Assembly (NCBI RefSeq): GCF_004010195.1
Contig: NC_057720.1
Location: forward strand, 36,398,140 to 36,424,498
DNA: 26,359 bases
Direction: 5' to 3'
Origin: Chiloscyllium plagiosum
Taxonomy: Eukaryota
Under the pieces are notes generated by a model. It was not told the origin of the DNA and made no database searches. It worked only from the letters and a program-made list of their open reading frames with translations. The position numbers and the translations under genes are program-made. Below are positions 11,750 to 20,569 of the stretch, piece after piece; position 1 is the stretch's first letter; each line of letters begins with the position of its first letter.

Positions 11750-11905
11750 ATAGGTATTAGACTGAGGACAGGTGACGGAGAGCGAGACGACAGGTAATAG
11801 ACTGAGGACAGGTGACGGAGAGCGAGACGACAGGTAATAGACTGAGGACAGGTGACGGAACGGAGAGCGAGACGACAGGTAATAGACTGAGGACAGGTGA
11901 CGGAG
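11750..11905 (+). repeat. 40-bp minisatellite, block 1 (young-looking copies)
   Basis: Unit acaggtaatagactgaggacaggtgacggagagcgagacg; copies start at about 11750, 11790, 11830 (5-bp insertion) and 11875 (partial). Confidence 0.95.
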
Positions 11906-11991
11906 GGTGAGCGCGCAGGGATCGACGGGGGTGGACAGGTGATGGAGGGAGAGAGCGCAGGGAATCGCCGGGGGACTGGTGATCAGTTGAG

Positions 11992-14110
11992 GTTGCGGTG
12001 CTGGAAAAGCACAGCAGGTCAGGCAGCATCCGAAGAGGAGAAGAATTGACCTTTCAATCATTAGCCCTTCATCAGTAATGAGGCTTGTGGGCCAAGGGGA
12101 TAGAGAGACAGATTGGAGGGGTGGTGGGGCTGGAGGCTAAGGGAGCGAAGAGTGCGATAGATAGATGGAGGTGGGGGTAATGGTGATAGTTCGGAAAGGC
12201 GGATGGTGCTGAAAGGTGGGAAGGAAGATGGGACGTAGGACAGATCATGAGGGCAGTGCCGAGTTAGAAGGTTGCATCTGGGCTTAAGGTGGAGGGAGAG
12301 GAAATGGGGAAAGTGGTGAAGACCACATTAATCCATGTGATTGGGGGGTGCCTTCTTCCTCCAGGCATCGGGTGGTTATGGTTTGGCGATGGAGGAGGTC
12401 CAGCACCTGCATGTCCTTGACAGAGTGGGAGGGAAAGTTAGTGTTCGGCCAGGGCAGTGGGGTTGGTTCGTGCGGGTGACCCGGAGATATTCTCTGAAGC
12501 GCTCTGCAAGTAGGCGTCCTTTCTAACCAGTGTAGAGGAGACCGCATCAGGAGCAATAGTACAACAAATGACATGTAGAAGTGCAGGTAAATCTATGATG
12601 TCTGTGAAAGACTCTTCTGGGGCCTTGGATGGAGGTGTTGTGGGGAGGTGTGGGTGCAGGTTTTGCAATTCTTGCAGTGGTAGGGGTAGGTGCGTGCAGG
12701 GGAGGGTGGTTGTTGGGGGGGTGGATCTGGCGTGAATTGCAGACGGAATGGTCTTTAGGGAATGCAGATAGGGGTGGGGAGGAAAATATATCTCTGGTGC
12801 TGTGGTCCATTTGTCGGTGACAGAAATGGCAGAGGATGATACGATATATCTGGAGGTGGGTGGGGTGGAAGGTGAGGACTGGAGGTTTCTGTCCTTGTTG
12901 CAGTTGGAGGAGTGGGATTTGAGGGTGGAGCTGCGGGAAGTGGATGAGATGCATTGGAGGACAAAATCAACCACATGGGAGGGGAAATTGCAGTCTTTGA
13001 AGAAGGAGGCTATCTAGTGTGTTCTGTGGTGGAACTGGCCCTCCTGGGAGCAGATGCGGTGGAAGAATTAAGAATAAGGGATAGTGTTTTTATAGGAGGC
13101 AGGGTGAAAGGAGGTGTAGTCCAGGTAGCTGTGGGAGTCAGTGAGTTTGTAAAAGATGTCCGTGTTGAGTCGGTCACCATTGCTGGAGTGGTCCCGCAAC
13201 AAAGAACAGAACCCCCCCCCCCGGTCTTCACCTTCCACCCCATCAGCCTCCGATACATTATATCATCCTCCGGCATTTTCGCCACCTACAAATGGACCCC
13301 ACCACCAGAAATATATTTTCCTCCCCACCCATATCTGCATTCCGTAAAAGACAATTCCCTCCATGACTCTCGTCAGGTCCACACCACCTTCCCCTCCAGG
13401 CACCTTTCCCTGCCACTGCAAGAATTGCAAAACCTGCGCCAAACCCCCCCCTGCCCCACCCAACCTCCATCCAAGGCCCCAAAGGAGCCTTCCACATCCA
13501 TCATAGATTTACCCGCTCTTCCACACGTCATTTATTGTATCTGTCGCTCCTGATGCGGTCTCCTCTACATTGGGGAGACAGGATGCCTGCTTGCAGAATG
13601 CTTCAGAGAATATCTCCAGGACACACACACGAAGCAACCCTACCACCCCATGGCCAAAAACATTAACTCCTCCTTCCACGTCCCCAGTCTGCCAAGGTCA
13701 TGCAGGTGCTGGACCTTCTCATTGCCAAACCAAACCACCTCATCTGCCTTGGGACCGTCCAACCACACAGGATTAATGTGGACTTCACAAATTTCCTCAT
13801 TTCCCCTCCTCCACCTTATCCCAGATTGAACCTTCTAACTCGGTACCGCCGTCATGACCTGTCCTACCTGTCCATCTTCCTTTCCACCTATCTGCTCTAC
13901 CTTCCTATCCAACCTATCACCATTAACCCCATCTTCATCTACCTATCGCACTCTCAGTTACCCCCCAGCCCCATTCCCCTCCCATTTATCTCTCAACCAT
14001 CTTGTCTCTCAAGCCTCATTCCTGATGAAGGGCTTATGCACGAAACATTGATTCTCCTGCTCCTCAGATGCTGCCTGATCATCTGTGTTTTTCCAGCACC
14101 ACGCTCGCAA
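11992..14110. mobile_element. PLE with long inverted arms (GIY-YIG endonuclease region plus pLTR on both strands)
   Basis: The minus arm (11992 to about 13180) and plus arm (about 13181-14110) both carry decayed FTC..HVIYCI.C...LLYIG GIY-YIG sequence; hammerhead-like ctgatga-agggcttatgcac-gaaac 14022-14046; possible 8-bp TSD cagtt(g/a)ag at 11984-11991 and 14111-14118. Confidence 0.9.
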
Positions 14111-14118
14111 CAGTTAAG

Positions 14119-14258
14119 AGAGCAAGAAGACAGGTGACAGAGAGAAAACAGATAATTGACTGAGGACAGGTAACACACAGAGAGAGGGAAAGAGACAGCA
14201 GGTAATAGATGGAGGACACGTAATAGACAGAGGACAGGTAACTATGGTAACAGGTAAC
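14119..14258 (+). repeat. 40-bp minisatellite, block 2 (degenerate)
   Basis: gacaggtgacagagag, gactgaggacaggtaac, caggtaatagatggaggac: the same unit as block 1 with substitutions. Confidence 0.85.
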
Positions 14259-14262
14259 AAAT

Positions 14263-14377
14263 GGGAGTAACTATGACGTTTTGATGTATTTTGGGCACAT
14301 ATTTTGTCTCATGCCTCCTCATTGGGCCTGCTGGTAAGCTCAGTAGCCTTGGCTGCTGAGTGATGTAACAACTGAGA
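14263..14377 (+). ncRNA. Decayed HDV-like self-cleaving ribozyme with 28S-derived leader (R2 5' end)
   Basis: gggagtaactatgac 14263-14277; P2 tctca 14307-14311 / tgaga 14373-14377; P3-L3 gcc-tcctcatt-ggg 14313-14326; P1 3' strand cctgct 14327-14332; P1.1 gg 14333-14334; P4 hairpin ctcagtagcc-tt-ggctgctgag 14339-14360; J4/2 tgatgtaa. Confidence 0.75.
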
Positions 14378-14632
14378 AAAAGTACAAGGCTGCCGTGGTC
14401 TATGCAGACTGGATACCTCGGTATCACTCTCAAAAAAGAAAGGGTTTTCCATTTTCAGTGGAGCAGTTGGGCTGGGAAGCATCCTGGATAAACAACCTCC
14501 CGCACCTTGTCCATAACTGCGAGCTGTGTTAAGTTGTAAATGTGCATGGACTACAAAGCTGGCAACAAGATCAGTCTCTAGTCAAACCGAGACAGCCATC
14601 TTGCCCTACTGGGAGCTGAGCTCGGCTATACT

Positions 14633-14673
14633 GCCACACCACCACCTCCCACCACCACCTCACCACCACCACC
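14633..14673 (+). repeat. Imperfect (cca)n microsatellite inside the R2 5' region
   Basis: ccacaccaccacctcccaccaccacctcaccaccaccacca. Confidence 0.85.
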
Positions 14674-14937
14674 AAATGAGCCGACTTGTCTCATAGTGGA
14701 TGACATGGATTATGTTCTGGAAGGACCCGTGTGGGCGGTCCACCCACCGGATGGGATAAGCATCACTCCCAAACTTCCTTCAACAATTATCAAATTGTCA
14801 AATTTCAAAACCGGGCACAGCATTCGGCTAACGAGACCAAAACCAATGGTATGACAACCGAGACAACTACCTTCGTGAAAGGAGTTGCTATCGAATCAGT
14901 GTATGACAGAACATCTGTCCGGGAGGTAATAATCCAT

Positions 14938-15412
14938 TACCCCATCAATGGATTGTTTTGCATCGACTGCTCAACCTCACAGTGAGCTGTTTAAGATCCA
15001 CATGACTAAGGTGCACCAAATTAAGAACATCCAGACAAAATGTTCATGCTGCGATAAAGCAGGAGAGTACCACGCAATCTCCTGCCATTGCCCTAAGTGC
15101 AAAGGTAAGAAATCCCCTCCGACTGGGGACTTTGCATGCAGTGTGTGTGACAATAGGGTTACAACCCAGGATGGACTTGGTCAACACGAGAGTCATCAAT
15201 ATCCTATTCTACAAAATGAAAACTGCCTCAGAACAGTCCTCAAGGTCAAAGGCAAACCAAGGAGACGTGATCGGATATGGTCATAGGAGGAGGTTGCACT
15301 CCTGAGGGAATTAGAAGAGAGATTTGTAGAGTGCAAATTAATTAATAAAGAGATCGCCAGTATCCTTAAAACGAAAACACCCAAGCAAATTTCTGACAAA
15401 CACAAAAACCTT
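14938..15412 (+). pseudogene. R2 ORF N-terminal DNA-binding region (3 zinc fingers plus Myb), disrupted
   Basis: LFCIDC../..FKIHMTKVH (CCHH, across a frameshift); CSCCDK..YHAISCHCPKC (CCHC); FACSVCDNRVTTQDGLGQHESHQY (decayed CCHH); WS*EEVALLRELEERF..INKEIASILKTKTPKQISDK (Myb). Confidence 0.85.
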
Positions 15413-16131
15413 GCGAACACTCCGACAGGGTCCAAATCCCAAATGATGCGAGCATAGCTAATGACTTGAGCTGAAAATGTGTTGCTGGAAAAGCGTAGCA
15501 GATCAGGCAGCATCCAAAGAGCAGGAGAATCGACGTTTCGGGCATGAGCACTTCTTCAGGAATGAGGAAGGTGTGCCAAGTAGGCTAAGATAAAAGGTAA
15601 GGGGGAGGGGCGTTGGAAATGCGATAGGTGGAAGGAGGTAAAGGTGAGGGCGATAGGCCGGAGTGGGGGTGGGGGCAGAGAGGTCAGGAAGAAGATTGCA
15701 GGTTAGGAAGGTGGGTGCTGAGTTCGAGGGTTGGGACTGAGACAAGGTGGAGGGAAGGGAAATGAGGAAACTGAGAAATCTGAGTTCTTGTGGTTGGAGC
15801 GTTCTTAGGCGGAAGATGAGGCGCCCTTCCTCCAGCCGTCGTGTTGGTATGGTCTGGCGATGGAGGAGTCCAAGGACCTGCATGTCCTTGGTGGAGTGGG
15901 AGGGGGAGTTGATGTGTTGAGCCACGGGGTGGTTGGGTTGGTTGGTCCAGGTGTCCCAGAGGTGTTCTCTGAAACGTTCCGCAAGTCGGCGGCCTGTCTC
16001 CCCAATATAGAGGAGGCCATATCAGGTGCAGCGGATGCAGTAAATGATGTGTGTGGAGGTGCAGGTGAATTTGTGGCGGATATGGAAGGATCCCTTGGGG
16101 CCTTGGAGGGAAGTAAGGGGGGAGGTGTGGG

Positions 16132-16890
16132 NNNNNNNNNNNNNNNNNNNNNNNNNNNNNNNNNNNNNNNNNNNNNNNNNNNNNNNNNNNNNNNNNNNNN
16201 NNNNNNNNNNNNNNNNNNNNNNNNNNNNNNNNNNNNNNNNNNNNNNNNNNNNNNNNNNNNNNNNNNNNNNNNNNNNNNNNNNNNNNNNNNNNNNNNNNNN
16301 NNNNNNNNNNNNNNNNNNNNNNNNNNNNNNNNNNNNNNNNNNNNNNNNNNNNNNNNNNNNNNNNNNNNNNNNNNNNNNNNNNNNNNNNNNNNNNNNNNNN
16401 NNNNNNNNNNNNNNNNNNNNNNNNNNNNNNNNNNNNNNNNNNNNNNNNNNNNNNNNNNNNNNNNNNNNNNNNNNNNNNNNNNNNNNNNNNNNNNNNNNNN
16501 NNNNNNNNNNNNNNNNNNNNNNNNNNNNNNNNNNNNNNNNNNNNNNNNNNNNNNNNNNNNNNNNNNNNNNNNNNNNNNNNNNNNNNNNNNNNNNNNNNNN
16601 NNNNNNNNNNNNNNNNNNNNNNNNNNNNNNNNNNNNNNNNNNNNNNNNNNNNNNNNNNNNNNNNNNNNNNNNNNNNNNNNNNNNNNNNNNNNNNNNNNNN
16701 NNNNNNNNNNNNNNNNNNNNNNNNNNNNNNNNNNNNNNNNNNNNNNNNNNNNNNNNNNNNNNNNNNNNNNNNNNNNNNNNNNNNNNNNNNNNNNNNNNNN
16801 NNNNNNNNNNNNNNNNNNNNNNNNNNNNNNNNNNNNNNNNNNNNNNNNNNNNNNNNNNNNNNNNNNNNNNNNNNNNNNNNNNNNNNNNNN
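16132..16890. other. Assembly gap (759 N)
   Basis: Run of N between the two inverted PLE arms. Confidence 1.
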
Positions 16891-17342
16891 TCCCCTGCAA
16901 CCGCAAGAAATGCAAAACTTGCACCCACACCTCCCCCCTTACTTCCCTCCAAGGCACCAAGGGATACTTCCATATCCGCCACAAATTCACATGCACCTCC
17001 ACACACATCATTTACTGCATCCGCTGCACCCGATATGGCCTCCTCTATATTTGGGAGACAGGCCGCCTACTTGCAGAAAGTTCAGAGAACACCTCTGGGA
17101 CACCCAGACCAACCACCCCGTGCTCAACACTTCAACTCTCCCTCCCACTCCACCAAGGACATGCAGGTCCTTGGACTCCTCCATCGCCAGACCATACCAA
17201 CACGACGGCTGGAGGAAGGGCGCCTCATCTTCAGCCTAGGAACCCTCCAACCACAAGGGATGAACTCAGATTTCTCCAATTTCCTCATTTCCTTTCCCTC
17301 CACCTTGTCTCAGTCCCAACCCTCGAACTCAGCACCACCTTC

Positions 17343-17566
17343 ATAGAACATAGAAGAATACAGCGCAGTACAGGCCCTTTGGCTCTCGATGTTGTGCCGA
17401 TCCAAGCCCACCTAACCTACACTAGACCACTATCCTCCATATGCCTATCCAATGCCCGCTTAAATGCCCATAAAGAGGGAGAGTCCACCACTGCTACTGG
17501 CAGGGCATTCCATGAACTCACGATTCGCTAAGTAAAGAACCTACCCCTAACATCTGTCCTATGCCT
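17343..17566 (-). mobile_element. Short CR1 3' end nested in the PLE arm
   Basis: atagaacatagaagaatacagcgcagtacaggccc is the reverse complement of a CR1 tail like that at 3130-3164; it is absent from the opposite PLE arm. Confidence 0.85.
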
Positions 17567-17872
17567 CTTCCTAACCTGCAATCTTCTTCCTGACCTCTCC
17601 GCGCCCACCCCCACTCTGGCCTATCGCCCTCACCTTTACCTCCTTCCACCTATCGCATTTCCAACGCCCCTCCCCGAAGTCCCTCCTCCCTACCTTTTAT
17701 CTTAGCCTGCTTGGCACACCTTCCTCATTCCTGAAGAAGGGCTCATGCCCGAAACGTTGATTCTCCTGCTCTTTGGATGCTGCCTGACCTGCTGCGCTTT
17801 TCCAACAACACATTTTCAGCTCTGATCTCCAGCATCTGCAGTCCTCACTTTCTCCTCATAGCTAATGACTTG

Positions 17873-20030
17873 CAGAAATTGGAGGCAGAGAGTGTCCGAG
17901 ATAAGTCAGATGAATCAAACCCGTGCCAAAGAGCCAACCACAGAACACCGGCTTCAATCCCTAAGCATAGGGGCGTAGATGACCAGCTAAAACAAGCTGA
18001 GGAGCTCATGAGTGCAAGGAACAACCCGGACACTCTGGCCCTAGGGGTTGGACTGATGGAGAGTATTATCGACCTAATAATGAATGGTAGGGAGAGAGAG
18101 TAAATGGAATAAGCCTCGAGAAGGCCAGAGTAAAAAAGACAAAAAGACCGGCAATAATACCGGCACAAAGAAAAGATGGGCAACATGTAGAACTCTGTTC
18201 AGAGCAACGCAGCAGCTCTACAAAACCAACCGGCGCCAGCTAGCTCGAGAGATCATGGTGGTGCTGACCTCATCCGCTTGTCCTCTCGCACAAGAGGAAC
18301 TGAAGGCATGTTTCAGAGAGAAACCTTCAGTACCAAATCATAAATCTAATATTAGTAAATATGCCCCATATACAGGGAACGTAGATGATGGATTCTCGAT
18401 GAAACCCATAGAGGTGGAAGAGGTTGAGGCAACCATCAAGGGGATAGACGAGCACAGTACCGCTAGACCAGACAGCCTGAAACTGAGTGATGTAAGATCC
18501 ATTCACGAGGAGGAGGAAACCCCTCCATCCCGACTCTTCTCCCTAAGGTTAAAATCGAGCATGATACTGGAATCACTAACAAAGAGTCAAACAGTCTTGA
18601 TTCCTATGTGCAAGGATGAAGACATCAACAACTGGCAGCCAATAACCATTGGTCTGATGCTGCTACGGCTTTCACAAAAATAATGGCAAAACGCCTCAGT
18701 GAAACTGTTGAAATAAACAACAGACAAAAGGGGTTTCTAGCAGCCACACCCAGGTGCAATGAAAACATTGTCATCCTCGAGAACATAATTAAGGGAGCGA
18801 AGCATAACCGTGAGGACTTCGCAGTTGACTTTGTTGATCTGGCGAAAGTGTTTGTCTCAGTTGGGCACAAGCTACTATTAAAAATGTTGCAAAGAGCAAA
18901 TCTTCCAAAAGCCTTTGTAGGCCTGATCAAGGATCTCTACACTAGCAATACAACTGTGGTAGAATGGAACGGTACTTATACCACTCCAATAAACATTGAG
19001 ACGGGTGATCCAATGTTATTTAACATCACTCTGAATTCTTTGATATGCTCTCTGGAGAAGGCCGACTCGGGTCGCCATGCCCCTGGGTGGCAGAAGAGTC
19101 AACTGCTCGACTCTGGCCTTCTCAGATGACATAGCCCTTCTGAGTGACTGTCACATCGGTGTGGTGAGGAATCTGAAGCTGCTGCAGTCATACTGTGACC
19201 ACACAGGCCTCCATATTAACATCGCAAAGTCAAAGGGTTTCCACTTTACTTTTAAGAGGAAGACCTTCCTGTATAATCACTTCACTAACTGGAGGCTGTG
19301 TAACAAATCTATAGTTTATATAACCCCAGGAGATACTGAGAAATACCTGGGTATTTGTATCAACCAGTGGGCAGGTGTGTTGGAAGGAGAATAGGAGGAG
19401 AGACCTGGGTGAAAAGAATACAGGCAGTATCTCTCCGACCGAGGCAACACCTAGAAATCCTAAAAACTCATACAATCCCCAGATTGTATTTTCATTTGAT
19501 CCTGTCTGAAGCATCTCAAAGCACACTGATAAAGCTGGACCAAATCATACGGAACACCATGAAAGAATTCCTCCACCTTCCACCTCATACCACTGCTGGA
19601 ATCCTGTGTGCCAGCAACAGGAATGTCAGTCTAAGCATGCCAAAACTGGAAGTGCAAATTCCATCTGCGATTGTCCACAAACGCGAGGCACTAGACATGT
19701 CTAAGGATGTTATCATATGGGCCTAGTTCCAGTATAGAGGAGAATGCAACAGACACTGTCGCAGGACTGCGAGAACTCAAAGTCCTCAAAGAATTCGAAG
19801 ATTTCCTACCTGGCAGCCAAAGCAGCAGTGAAGGGGAAATGGACCCAATGACTCACATCCAGACAACTATGCCAGCACTATAGGAGGCAGACGCCAGACG
19901 ACAGAAACCACCCAACAGGTATGCAGGATGGAGAGAAAGGGAATTCAAAGTGGAGAAGGCTTGAATGTCAAGAGGCAGGCACTCGGTATTTCAGAGATGA
20001 CAAGATCTCAAACTCTTGGTTTGAGATGTC
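17873..20030 (+). pseudogene. R2 ORF reverse transcriptase and thumb/linker region, disrupted
   Basis: Consecutive ORF pieces 18084-18683, 18683-19129, 19077-19394 and 19355-19726 carry RT motifs in order; the QGDP motif is partly deleted (INIETGDPMLFN); recognisable homology ends after DKISNSW. Confidence 0.88.
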
Positions 20031-20078
20031 GACGGGTGAGGTAAAGTCTTGAAAAAGGCGCTCATGAGTGTTTCAAAA

Positions 20079-20265
20079 AGAGAACGAGACAACAGGTAAT
20101 GGACAGGTAACAGAGCAAGACGACATGTAATAGACAAACAGGTAACAGAGAGAGAGAGAGAGAGAGACATGACAGGTCATAGATGGAGGACAGATCACAG
20201 AATGAGACAACAGGTAATAGACAGAAGACAGGTAACAGTGAGAGGACAGGTCGTAGACTGGGGGC
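20079..20265 (+). repeat. 40-bp minisatellite, block 3 (degenerate, with a (ga)n run)
   Basis: gagacaacaggtaat, aacaggtaatagacagaagacaggtaacagtgagaggacagg: the same unit resumes immediately after R2. Confidence 0.85.
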
Positions 20266-20569
20266 ACGGAATGAGTTCCACCGTTCTTAATTTAGTGGTG
20301 GGTCACTGGTGACCAATTAAGAGGTAACCTCTGGTGAAATTGCAAGATGTCCCCCAACCAGCAATTGAGAGCCCAGGAACCACTTTTCATCTTATTTGGC
20401 CCTATATTTCACTCAAGGCAGCATTGCAGATGGGTTTTTTTCACAAAGATGCTCACGCAGGTGCACCTAAAGTATATTTTCAATATTTTGAAGGTTCTGC
20501 ATCAGAGATTTACATCCTAAAGTGATTATGGAGATTAAAAGGACTGCCAGTAACAATGATACATTCAAG

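Larger units (their letters stand above)
15469..17856. mobile_element. Young PLE with inverted arms inserted in R2; centre unresolved (N gap)
   Basis: Perfect 16-bp TSD catagctaatgacttg at 15453-15468 and 17857-17872; GIY-YIG motif FTCTSTHIIYCIRCTRYGLLYI(G/W)ETGR; hammerhead cores at 15532-15559 (-) and 17731-17758 (+). Confidence 0.93.
14263..20078 (+). mobile_element. Decayed R2 non-LTR retrotransposon (three-zinc-finger A-clade architecture) outside rDNA; interrupted by a PLE at 15469-17856
   Basis: 28S-like leader and HDV-like ribozyme at the 5' end; zinc fingers and Myb domain; RT motifs TVLIP, NWQPITIG, RQKGF, VDLAKVFVSVGH, TLAFSDDIALL, EKYLG; R2-type thumb/linker IPRLYFHL, KEFLHLP, YFRDDKISNSW; many stops and frameshifts. 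Confidence 0.9.

Noticed and set aside
11750..11905. CRISPR-like array
   Set aside because: Head-to-tail repeats with no unique spacers, no cas genes, and a vertebrate context.
11546..12061. 171-aa repetitive minus-strand ORF
   Set aside because: Antisense translation of the minisatellite and GC boxes, starting inside a PLE.
14263..14277. 28S rRNA gene or pseudogene
   Set aside because: Only 15 nt match; no rDNA continues on either side. Better explained as the R2 leader.
15684..17531. Four long ORFs of 329-495 aa
   Set aside because: Their length comes from translating through 759 N; the real parts are PLE fragments.
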